Source: Candidatus Altimarinota bacterium (GTDB lineage Bacteria > Patescibacteriota > Gracilibacteria > UBA4473). From it: a stretch of 64,000 bases of DNA. Location: positions 384,001-448,000 of the forward strand of contig OZ246423.1 of the NCBI GenBank assembly GCA_965231215.1, read 5' to 3'. Every line of letters begins with the position of its first letter. Within the stretch, counting starts at the first letter, position 1. The notes under the pieces are model-generated. The model saw only the letters and a program-made list of their open reading frames with translations, ran no database searches and was not told the origin of the DNA. Below are positions 1 to 11,211 of this stretch, piece after piece. The position numbers and the translations under genes are program-made.

Positions 1-60
1 CAAATAAAAACTTTAGTTAGTACCCCCAAGCAAGCCAGTATTTCTTAAGTTTTTATTACC

Positions 61-318
61 ATGGCTAAAAAATTATTTATCGGAAACCTCAGCTGGGGCG
101 TCAAAAATGATGACCTACGAACTGCCTTTGAACCTTTCGGGGAAGTCGAAGACGCTGTAGTTATTACAGAACGAGACAATCCATCTCGATCAAGAGGATT
201 TGGATTTGTAACCTTCGTAAATGACGAAGACGCAGAAACCGCTATTGCAGAAATGCACGAAACAGAGCTCGATGGAAGACCGCTTCTCGTAAATGAAGCT
301 CGACCACGAGACGAATAG
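61..318 (+). CDS. RRM-type RNA-binding protein
   Basis: RNP2 (KLFIGNL) and RNP1 (RGFGFVTF) motifs; ends VNEARPR like bacterial single-RRM proteins. Confidence 0.95.
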   Translation: MAKKLFIGNLSWGVKNDDLRTAFEPFGEVEDAVVITERDNPSRSRGFGFVTFVNDEDAETAIAEMHETELDGRPLLVNEARPRDE

Positions 319-339
319 TTCAATGCTGAAATGTTAAAT

Positions 340-367
340 AAAAAAACGGCCAAATGGCCGTTTTTTT
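340..367. terminator. Bidirectional intrinsic terminator between rbp and purL
   Basis: A7-CGGCC-AAAT-GGCCG-T7 between convergent genes. Confidence 0.85.
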
Positions 368-432
368 ATATTCTATTATTCATAGGATAACCTGTTTGGT
401 GTGTTTTTACCCAGGCAAAAATGAGCCAAAAA

Positions 433-3400
433 CTACTGCTTATTCAACCACTCCCTCGCCTTCACAAAAGCCTCAATCCACGGAGAAATTTCATCATTTC
501 GGTTCTCTGGATAACATCCCCAGTTCCAAGGGCGAATAGAACGTTCAATATGCGGCATAGTAATCGTATGTCGACCGTCGTTTGAAGTCATCATAGCGAT
601 GCCTTCAGGGGAGCCGTTGGGACAAGCAGGATAAGCCCCACCGTATTGAAAATTGGCCACAACATTGTAGTCTGAAATTTTATTTTTCAGTTCAAACCGA
701 CCTTCCCCATGAGCCGACCATACGCCTAACTGGCTTCCGGCCAAACTTCCAAACAGAACAGAATTATTTTCCTGAATTTTTACTCCAGCAAAATTACACT
801 CAAATTTTTCAGAGCTATTGTGTTTCATTCGGATTGATCCCGGAGCATCTGGAGTAAGCACATCTAGTTCTGCCAACAACTGACATCCATTACAGACGCC
901 AAGGGAGAGCGTATCTGGACGCCCTAGGAAAGCCTCAAGGGTAGCTTTGGCTTTCGAGTTGTAGAGCACCGCTCCGGCCCAGCCTCGAGCCGATCCTAGT
1001 ACATCCGAGTTAGAGAATCCTCCAACCGCTACCAACAGCTGGACATCTTCCAGAGTTTCTCGACCCGCAATCAAATCTGTCATATGTACATCTCGCACCT
1101 CAAATCCAGCCAATGCCATCATATAAGCCATTTCTCTTTCAGAGTTTGATCCTTTGTCTCTAAAGACTGCCGCCATTGGTCTTTTCCCAGAATATGTAGG
1201 AACTTTTCCATCAAAGTTTTGAGGGAATTTAAATTCTATGGGTTGCTGGTCAAAATGAGCATATCGGTCTTTGGCCTGTGGCCGATTTGTTTGTTCTAAT
1301 TCAAACAGATGCGAAGGTTTAGCCCAGATTCTTCGGTAGTGATTTATGTCCAGTGTCAGCGATTTTGAGTCCGGACTTGCCGAGACCGAAGCCCCTTGTA
1401 AAGTTTCAGATGAATCATTTTCCCTAAAAAGTCTGGACTCATAAAGCACGAGTTTTTCACTATCATTCACTTCACCGAGATCATAAAAAGAAATCCCAGC
1501 CATATTCAGCGTAGATCGAACCAGTTCAATATTCTCTCCTGCTACTTCAAATACATATCCCGCATTCTCACTGAAACATTTTTCAATTATATCGCCTCCA
1601 GGGAGTTGGTCTACGTCTACTGTCGCACCAAGATTTCGTGAGGCAAAACACATCTCCAAAAGTGTGGTAATAATACCTCCAGCAGACACATCATGCCCAG
1701 CGAGAATTTTTCCATCTTTGATGAGTCCTTGAAGCGCTTCAAAGGCGGCTCCAAAAAATTGTGTATCTTTAATATCGGGAACCTCTGGGCCAATTTTATT
1801 GAGTATTTGAGCCAAACTAGAACCTCCTAATTTGAAATCATCTTGAGAGAGATTGATGTAATAGATTCTGTTGCCTCTTTGGTTATTAAATACCGGTTTA
1901 ATAATCTTTTTCACGTCTTCACATTCTCCCATTGCGGAGATAATCACCGTTCCTGGTGAAACCACTTTTTGATCTGGATATTTCTGTACCATAGAGAGGG
2001 AGTCTTTCCCTGTTGGAACATTTACCCCTAGTTCAATGGCAAAGGTGGAAACCCCTTCGACCGCTTCATAAATTCGAGCATCTTCTCCGGGATTTTTACA
2101 CGGCCACATCCAGTTAGCACTCAGTGAAATAGATCCTAAACCCTCAGTGATTGGGGCCCCTAGGATATTAGTGAGGCTCTCGGCAATAGCGTTGCGGCTT
2201 CCCGCTGCTGGATCCACCAGTCCCACAATAGGACTGTGTCCAATGGCAGTGGCAACTCCCTTTTCTCCAGTATAATCGAGCGCCATCACACCACAATCGG
2301 CCAATGGCAATTGGAGCGTTCCCACGCATTGTTGTTGGGCTACTTTTCCTGTGACACATCGGTCTACTTTATTGGTAAGCCAATCTTTACACGCTACGCC
2401 TTCCAGTTGGAGTACTTGTTCTAAATAGACTTCTAATTTTTCAGGATCATAATCTAAAGCTTCGAAATTTCGTTCCTCGGTATCTCCCTTGGTAACCGTC
2501 TTTGGTGGATTTCCAAATAACATCTTTAGATCTAAATGCACAGGAGTTTGACCTAAGCGCTCAGATTTAAAGGCTATCGTTCCACTACCGGTAATTTCTC
2601 CCACCACATACATTGGGCTTCTTTCTCTATCGGCAATAGCTTGAAGTAGGTCAATTTTGTCTTGAGCTACCACCAGACCAATTCGTTCTTGTGACTCGTT
2701 CCCGATAATTTCTTTTACCGATAGTGTTGGATCTCCCACCGGCAATTTATCCAGATCAATCACTCCTCCATGCAGTTCCAAAAGTTCCGAAAGACAGTTA
2801 AAGTGTCCCCCAGCTCCATGGTCATGAATAGAAATAATTGGATTTTTTTCCATCTCAGTACAAGCCCGGATCACATTAGCCACTCGTTTCTGCATTTCTG
2901 GGTTAGAACGCTGAATGGCGTTAAGTTCTAAACTCCGATCTAGCTCTCCAGTGTCCACAGAAGACACCGCTCCTCCCCCCATTCCAATTCGGTAGTTATC
3001 TCCCCCCAATACGACTATTTTATCACCTACTTGAGGCTCTTGTTTTTGGGCGTCTTCAGCCCTGGCCCACCCAATGCCTCCCGCTTGCATGATGACTTTA
3101 TCATAACCCAAATTTTGATCATCGCCTTGATGTTCAAAGGTCAAAAGCGAACCACAAATCAGTGGCTGTCCGTATTTGTTCCCAAAGTCAGACGCTCCAT
3201 TTGAAGCTTTTACCAAAATATCTTTTGGAGTTTGATAGAGCCAGGGACGTTCTTTTAAATTCTTTTCCCACGGACGATTCTCCTCTAACCGCGGATAAGA
3301 CGTCATATACACCGCCGTTCCAGCCAGTGGGGCTGATCCTTGCCCGCCTGCCAACCTGTCACGGATTTCTCCGCCAGATCCGGTAGCGGCTCCGTTGAAC

Positions 3401-4167
3401 GGTTCTACCGTGGTTGGGTAATTATGGGTTTCGGCTTTCAGCGACAGCACTGAATCCACTTTCGTTTTTTGGTAGACTCCAGGGGTATCAAAGACTTCAG
3501 GATGATACATTTCAATTTCAGGTCCAGAGGAGAAAGAAACATTATCTTTGTACGCTGAAACTACCTTGTTTGGGTTTTCAGCCGTCGTGTCTTTGATCAG
3601 ACGGAACATTGATTTTTCTTTTGCCTCACCATCAATAATAAATGTTCCTCCAAAGATTTTGTGTCGGCAGTGTTCTGAATTTGCCTGAGCAAAACCAAAC
3701 AATTCACAATCGGTAAAAGGGCGTCCAATTTGGCTGGATACTTTTTCAAGGTATTCAATCTCATCTTCGCTCAGGGCTAATCCCTCAGCCTCGTTATAAG
3801 CGGCAATATCAGTAATATTTTGAACCGGTTCTGGCGCAATATCGAGGGTGAATACGTCTTGCCCAATCTGTGTGTAGAGGCGCTCCAACATTGGATCATG
3901 ATCCTCACTTTGGACTTCCTCAAAGCACTCAATCCTTTGAATTCCTTCAATTCCCATATTTTGGGTAATGTCTACGGCATTCGTGCTCCAAGGCGTGACC
4001 ATTTCGGCTCGTGGCCCTTTAAAAAGCCCTTCCAAAGTTTCCGATTCAATTTTTTCAGCCCCTTCAAAAAGCCATTTAAGCTTTTCAACTACTTCTGTGC
4101 TCAAAACCCCTTCAGTTTCTAAAACATAAATGAGAGTTTCTTCTGAATGAGAAAAAAAGTGAATCAT
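433..4167 (-). CDS. purL: Phosphoribosylformylglycinamidine synthase (large single-chain type)
   Basis: [31 protein letters not shown] and glutaminase GVCNGCQ / MPHIER motifs; 1244 aa. Confidence 0.97.
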   Translation of the reverse strand: MIHFFSHSEETLIYVLETEGVLSTEVVEKLKWLFEGAEKIESETLEGLFKGPRAEMVTPWSTNAVDITQNMGIEGIQRIECFEEVQSEDHDPMLERLYTQIGQDVFTLDIAPEPVQNITDIAAYNEAEGLALSEDEIEYLEKVSSQIGRPFTDCELFGFAQANSEHCRHKIFGGTFIIDGEAKEKSMFRLIKDTTAENPNKVVSAYKDNVSFSSGPEIEMYHPEVFDTPGVYQKTKVDSVLSLKAETHNYPTTVEPFNGAATGSGGEIRDRLAGGQGSAPLAGTAVYMTSYPRLEENRPWEKNLKERPWLYQTPKDILVKASNGASDFGNKYGQPLICGSLLTFEHQGDDQNLGYDKVIMQAGGIGWARAEDAQKQEPQVGDKIVVLGGDNYRIGMGGGAVSSVDTGELDRSLELNAIQRSNPEMQKRVANVIRACTEMEKNPIISIHDHGAGGHFNCLSELLELHGGVIDLDKLPVGDPTLSVKEIIGNESQERIGLVVAQDKIDLLQAIADRERSPMYVVGEITGSGTIAFKSERLGQTPVHLDLKMLFGNPPKTVTKGDTEERNFEALDYDPEKLEVYLEQVLQLEGVACKDWLTNKVDRCVTGKVAQQQCVGTLQLPLADCGVMALDYTGEKGVATAIGHSPIVGLVDPAAGSRNAIAESLTNILGAPITEGLGSISLSANWMWPCKNPGEDARIYEAVEGVSTFAIELGVNVPTGKDSLSMVQKYPDQKVVSPGTVIISAMGECEDVKKIIKPVFNNQRGNRIYYINLSQDDFKLGGSSLAQILNKIGPEVPDIKDTQFFGAAFEALQGLIKDGKILAGHDVSAGGIITTLLEMCFASRNLGATVDVDQLPGGDIIEKCFSENAGYVFEVAGENIELVRSTLNMAGISFYDLGEVNDSEKLVLYESRLFRENDSSETLQGASVSASPDSKSLTLDINHYRRIWAKPSHLFELEQTNRPQAKDRYAHFDQQPIEFKFPQNFDGKVPTYSGKRPMAAVFRDKGSNSEREMAYMMALAGFEVRDVHMTDLIAGRETLEDVQLLVAVGGFSNSDVLGSARGWAGAVLYNSKAKATLEAFLGRPDTLSLGVCNGCQLLAELDVLTPDAPGSIRMKHNSSEKFECNFAGVKIQENNSVLFGSLAGSQLGVWSAHGEGRFELKNKISDYNVVANFQYGGAYPACPNGSPEGIAMMTSNDGRHTITMPHIERSIRPWNWGCYPENRNDEISPWIEAFVKAREWLNKQ
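1366..1441. repeat. In-frame inverted repeat inside purL
   Basis: TGAGTCCGGACTT (1366-1378) and AAGTCTGGACTCA (1429-1441), 12/13 complementary; same core as the hairpin at 16829-16860. Confidence 0.75.
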
Positions 4168-4269
4168 TAAATTTTAGTGGGATTTTTATGAGACACCAGG
4201 AGTTTAGTGAAGTGCTATATTTTTACAATATATAAAATTGGAAACTCCCTTCTGCTATTATTTGAGCTG

Positions 4270-4572
4270 TTAATATAGAGCCCTGTCACTAAGTCCTGCT
4301 GGCGGATTTAGAGTATTATACAGTGCATGGCTTACAAGCAAAAGAACTATTAAAACAATTGACCAAATCATTAAATGCTTCCCCCAGCTTCGAGTTTTTT
4401 TGAACCAAACCAAAGCTTAAAAGAAAAGTAAAATTTCTAATGCATCTGGATGAATTCCCTTAGCTAATTGTATAAAGTCAAAACCTCCAATCATAACCAC
4501 TAACCCAGAAGTGTCAGGACCGCATATATAAATAATTGCACCAGCAACAATAACCTCTTCTATCTTTCTCAT
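4270..4572 (-). pseudogene. Probable small membrane-protein pseudogene
   Basis: Manual translation MRKIEEVIVAGAIIYIC...LEILLFF*ALVWFKKTRSWGKHLMIWSIVLIVLLLVSH...; single in-frame TAA at 4417-4419 with hydrophobic segments on both sides. Confidence 0.45.
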
Positions 4573-4755
4573 GAAAAATAACAAAATGTTTATTATTTTT
4601 TATCAATACTATTGATTCGTAACTCCACTCATTTCATACGATCCTCTCCTCCTCAAAATAGGCTTATACCTTATTTTTAAAATATAAAAATCGTGAGCGA
4701 GCTTAGGGTCTTGTGGGTTCCCTAAGCGAGGGAACACAAATTTAGAAGGGGATAC

Positions 4756-4781
4756 TAAAGGGGAAACTGGTTTCCCCTTTA
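4756..4781 (-). terminator. Hairpin at the 3' end of the toxin gene
   Basis: TAAAGGGGAAAC-TG-GTTTCCCCTTTA perfect inverted repeat overlapping the toxin stop codon. Confidence 0.55.
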
Positions 4782-5039
4782 ACGGTACACATCATGATCC
4801 CCCACCGCCAAACACGTAATCACCAATTCTTTCTCAAATTCGAAAATAATTCGGTACGAAAAATTGACCGAACAACTCCAAAATCCTTTTAATTGACCTT
4901 TCAGTTTGTGGGTTTTTAAATGCGGATTTTTTGGATCTTGAGCCAGCAAATCCAAAGTCCGCTTTACATCATTTTTTAATCCTTCATCTAATTTTTTGTA
5001 CTGACGCACAAAGGACGGTTTATAGCGGATTTCATACAT
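4779..5039 (-). CDS. Type II toxin, RelE/YafQ superfamily mRNA interferase
   Basis: 86 aa; LKTHKLKGQL, WSCSVNFSYRIIF and VGDHDVY motifs; TAATG coupling to the upstream antitoxin. Confidence 0.88.
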   Translation of the reverse strand: MYEIRYKPSFVRQYKKLDEGLKNDVKRTLDLLAQDPKNPHLKTHKLKGQLKGFWSCSVNFSYRIIFEFEKELVITCLAVGDHDVYR

Positions 5040-5245
5040 TACAATTTTGTAGCTAATTCATCCAGTTCCCCTGAGAGTGAAGGTTCTTTCTGAGCTTTAA
5101 GAACCTGTTCTACCGCTAAATCATCCAGGTATTTATTAATTGCTGTACGACCAATATCAGTAATATTTTTTGCTAAACCTTGAGCGATTAACGCTTGGAT
5201 TTTACGCAGAGTTTCTTCATCAACCGGGATGGAAAGTGTTGCCAT
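5039..5245 (-). CDS. Cognate antitoxin (RHH-like N-terminus, acidic C-terminus)
   Basis: 68 aa directly upstream of and overlapping the toxin; MATLSIPVDEE beta-strand then helices. Confidence 0.75.
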   Translation of the reverse strand: MATLSIPVDEETLRKIQALIAQGLAKNITDIGRTAINKYLDDLAVEQVLKAQKEPSLSGELDELATKL

Positions 5246-5249
5246 TTTT

Positions 5250-5291
5250 AATTTTATGAAAAATTCATATTAAATTTTATGATAAAATTTA
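5250..5291 (-). promoter_or_regulatory. Putative TA operator/promoter
   Basis: Perfect palindrome TAAATTTTAT-G-ATAAAATTTA (5271-5291) and TATGAA-AAA-TTCATA (5255-5269) just upstream of the antitoxin ATG. Confidence 0.5.
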
Positions 5292-5304
5292 AATAAAAGC
5301 AAAC

Positions 5305-5565
5305 AAAAAAAGCCTTAATGTTGGCATCGACGTCGTCGTCCACTATTCCACTCACTACACTTTTGCAAAACAAAAGTTTCATTCATTTCATAGTTTCCTC
5401 CTCTCCCCAAAAAAGCGCGCCCCTAGGTTTACCTCGGATTTATTCCGGAGCTCTCCGCTTTTTCGGGGACCCCAAAGTAGGTCGATGCCGCAAAACTTAT
5501 ATTCAAAAAAGCCCCCACAAGGGGCACTTTTCAGAATAAAAAAAAGCCTTAATGTTGGCATCGAC
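5305..5565. repeat. 27-bp direct repeat of the 5S rRNA 3' end flanking a structured insert
   Basis: AAAAAAAGCCTTAATGTTGGCATCGAC at 5305-5331 and 5539-5565; 16-bp inverted copy of 5557-5572 at 5474-5489. Confidence 0.85.
5505..5530 (-). terminator. rRNA unit terminator
   Basis: Minus strand GCCCC-TTGTG-GGGGC-TTTTTT just downstream of 5S. Confidence 0.7.
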
Positions 5566-5668
5566 CTACTTTCCCAGGATAACTCCAAGTATCATCGGCG
5601 CTGGAGGACTTAACTGCTGAGTTCGGAATGGGATCAGGTGTACCCCCTCCGCTACAGATACCAACATC
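5551..5668 (-). rRNA. rrf: 5S rRNA
   Basis: Conserved CACCTGATCCCATTCCGAACTCAGCAGTTAAG and GCCGATGATACT on the minus strand; helix I ends pair; ends approximate. Confidence 0.95.
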
Positions 5669-5928
5669 AAGACTTCTTTTTAAAAGAAATGTCTTTGGAA
5701 GCGTTACCACCGTTTTACCAGTGGAATTTTTTGTTCATTTCGTTCGATTGAACGATGCGTGCGTTATAAATTTTACTAGCGTGACGTTGTTTTTAGACTT
5801 CGTCTAAGAGAAATAAATTTCTCCATAAATAATTAAGAATTATTTATATAAACTAGTTTCGAACAATTTTCTTAGATTTGCTCACTCTTCGTAAAGAAAA
5901 ACAAGCCTTCATTACCATGAAGAAAAAA

Positions 5929-8800
<2,872 letters not shown>

Positions 8801-9034
8801 GTTCTTCATGAGTAAGACTTGCTCCTCTTTAGTACAAGTGAGCAAATCTAAGAAAATTTTTATAGTCTTTTTCAAAGACTTATACGTTCGAAATTCAAAA
8901 TGTTGGGTTTTTAGAAAACCCAAAAAATTAAAAATGAAATTTATTACGCGCTCTATTTTGTAGTACTCAACGTCAGGATCGAATACTACACTCGCACTGC
9001 ACTTAGGAAATTGCAGCACGAAACGCTTCCGACA

Positions 9035-9111
9035 ATTCAAAGATCAGGCTAAAAAGTTGTTAATCAAGCGATTTAGCTGGGCGATCTTAACCACAACGTG
9101 AAAGGTGTCAA
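9035..9111 (-). promoter_or_regulatory. rRNA promoter and boxA-like site
   Basis: TTGACA (9111-9106), 16 nt, TAAGAT (9089-9084); GATCTTTGAA boxA-like motif at about 9046-9036. Confidence 0.7.
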
Positions 9112-9174
9112 GAAGTTTTTCAGGGTTTTTTGGGGAATCCTCAAAGGGCCTCAAAAATCAGAAAATTAAATACC

Positions 9175-9220
9175 AGATTGCTTCCTACTAAACAGCCAAT
9201 CACATAAGCTTCGCAATGAC
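9175..9220. repeat. Degenerate REP-like relic
   Basis: AGATTGCTTC...TCGCAATGAC ends resemble the widespread GATTGCTTCG...CGCAATGAC palindromic repeat family; single copy here. Confidence 0.4.
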
Positions 9221-9303
9221 AAAAGTAGCGCAAAATTTACCTACTTCAGTTTTGTTACTCCTTTTGTTTGCCCTCCGTTTTTCAAACCTCTACCATTTAA
9301 TTG

Positions 9304-11109
9304 ATGAAAAAAATATTATTCGGCTTTTTGTTTGTAGCTCTTACTCTTAATACGGCGCTTGCCTATCGCGATATTCCAGAATCTTCACGATTTCGGGAAT
9401 CTATAGACTTCTTCATAGATAAAGGCGTTTTGGATGGAAAGGGATTTTTCCGTCCAGACAGTGATGTTCCACAAATGATGTTCTGGGAAGTTATTATTGG
9501 AGACACTGCCTTTAACGCCGATAAAACTGGGCTCGACGGAGCCATCCCAAAGGGCATAGATCCCAAAAGTCGAGAAGCTGAATTTTTACGAGAAGCAGTA
9601 CGAAGAGGCTTTATAGATCCAGAAAAGCCTTTTGATCCACTCGCCCCAATCAAAAGATCGGAAGCTATTAAACATATAGTCGCTACTAAAGGGATTTTAG
9701 TTTCAGATCAGACCTCTAGCCGATTTAGAAAAATTTCTTCAGGCGTATCTCGATTAGCCAAATACTATCCACACATTGAAGCGGCTTATGCTTCAAAAAT
9801 CGTGACTAACTTTGATATAGATCCCTTCCAACCAAGAGAAAACCTCTCCCGAAGAAATCTTATTACCTGGCTCCACAATTGGCACAAAAACGGCCAACTC
9901 AAAGAAACTGGATTTAATAAACCCTTTACTAGCGAAATCCAATTTCCGTATCAAAAACGAAAAACCCAAGACAAAAAGTCCAAAACCCCAGGGATAAAAG
10001 TAGAAAAAATCAGACCTGGCACTAAAGTCTATGACTTCACCCAAAATATAGATATGGGAGTCTTCAAATCTGTTTATGACCAAATTGAAGCCAAATATCG
10101 ATTTACTGAAAAACTCGACAAAGACACTAAATCTAAAATCATTAATAAAGGCATCGAAGGCATGGTCAAAGCCTTAGAAGACAAATACACCAATTACGTA
10201 GAACCGGAAAAGGCCGATGAATTCTTGGAAAGCCTAGAAGGCGAATTTGAAGGCATTGGCGCCTATGTGGAAATGATTGAAGAAAAATTCACCATTACTT
10301 CTCCTATCAAAGGCAGCCCCGCCGAAGACGCTGGTCTTAGACCCGGAGACATAGTAACCCATGTAGATGATGAAGACGTGGCGGAACTGGGCACTCAAGA
10401 AATTATCAAAAAGGTTCGAGGCAAAGCCGGCACCAAAGTAAAACTCACTATTCAAAGAGAAAACACAGGCAGAAAACACATCACCGTTACTCGAGGGAAA
10501 ATCACTATTCCAGCCTTAACCCTTGAATTTAAAAACGGAATTGCCGTTGTTGGGCTTCATCAATTTTCACGAGACAGCGGCGCTAAACTTTCAAACATGA
10601 TCAAAGACGAAGTAATCCCAGCCAAACCACGTGGCATTATTATTGACGTCCGAAACAATCCTGGAGGCTTCCTCACCGCAGCCGTTTCAGTAGGCGAAGT
10701 CTTCCTGAAAAAAGAACAAGAAGTCTTCCGAGTTGAATACAAAAACCGAGAAACCGTGTACCGATCTAACCGTGATGGAGAACTTGCTAACTATAATAAT
10801 ATTGTCTTCCTCCAAAACAAAGGATCGGCCAGCGCTTCAGAAATTTTAACAGCTATGGCCAAAGATTATAAAATCGGGAAAATTATGGGGCAGCCCTCTG
10901 TAGGTAAAGGGACGGTTCAAGAAATCGTAAACTTCTCAAATGGTGGAACTCTTAAACTTACCGTGGCTAAATGGCTCTCCCCAAACAAAAACTGGATTGA
11001 TGGTACGGGCGTAATTCCTGATGTTGAAATCACCGACCCCACAGACCAAGAAAAACGCCAAGACGTAGATCGTCAATTAGACGCCGCTATTGCGGAGCTT
11101 CTAAGATAA
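9304..11109 (+). CDS. Carboxyl-terminal processing protease (S41A) with N-terminal SLH-like domains and PDZ
   Basis: Signal peptide; FRPDS/FQPRENLSR SLH-like motifs; FEGIGA PDZ; DVRNNPGG, SASASEI, GKGTVQ. Confidence 0.92.
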   Translation: MKKILFGFLFVALTLNTALAYRDIPESSRFRESIDFFIDKGVLDGKGFFRPDSDVPQMMFWEVIIGDTAFNADKTGLDGAIPKGIDPKSREAEFLREAVRRGFIDPEKPFDPLAPIKRSEAIKHIVATKGILVSDQTSSRFRKISSGVSRLAKYYPHIEAAYASKIVTNFDIDPFQPRENLSRRNLITWLHNWHKNGQLKETGFNKPFTSEIQFPYQKRKTQDKKSKTPGIKVEKIRPGTKVYDFTQNIDMGVFKSVYDQIEAKYRFTEKLDKDTKSKIINKGIEGMVKALEDKYTNYVEPEKADEFLESLEGEFEGIGAYVEMIEEKFTITSPIKGSPAEDAGLRPGDIVTHVDDEDVAELGTQEIIKKVRGKAGTKVKLTIQRENTGRKHITVTRGKITIPALTLEFKNGIAVVGLHQFSRDSGAKLSNMIKDEVIPAKPRGIIIDVRNNPGGFLTAAVSVGEVFLKKEQEVFRVEYKNRETVYRSNRDGELANYNNIVFLQNKGSASASEILTAMAKDYKIGKIMGQPSVGKGTVQEIVNFSNGGTLKLTVAKWLSPNKNWIDGTGVIPDVEITDPTDQEKRQDVDRQLDAAIAELLR

Positions 11110-11211
11110 ACTGTCACAACAAAAGGACTCATTTCGTATTTACAACGAAGTCTATCTTTTGTTGAACAAAAAATTTGACCAATCAAATATCAAAACCTAA
11201 ACTAAATATTG

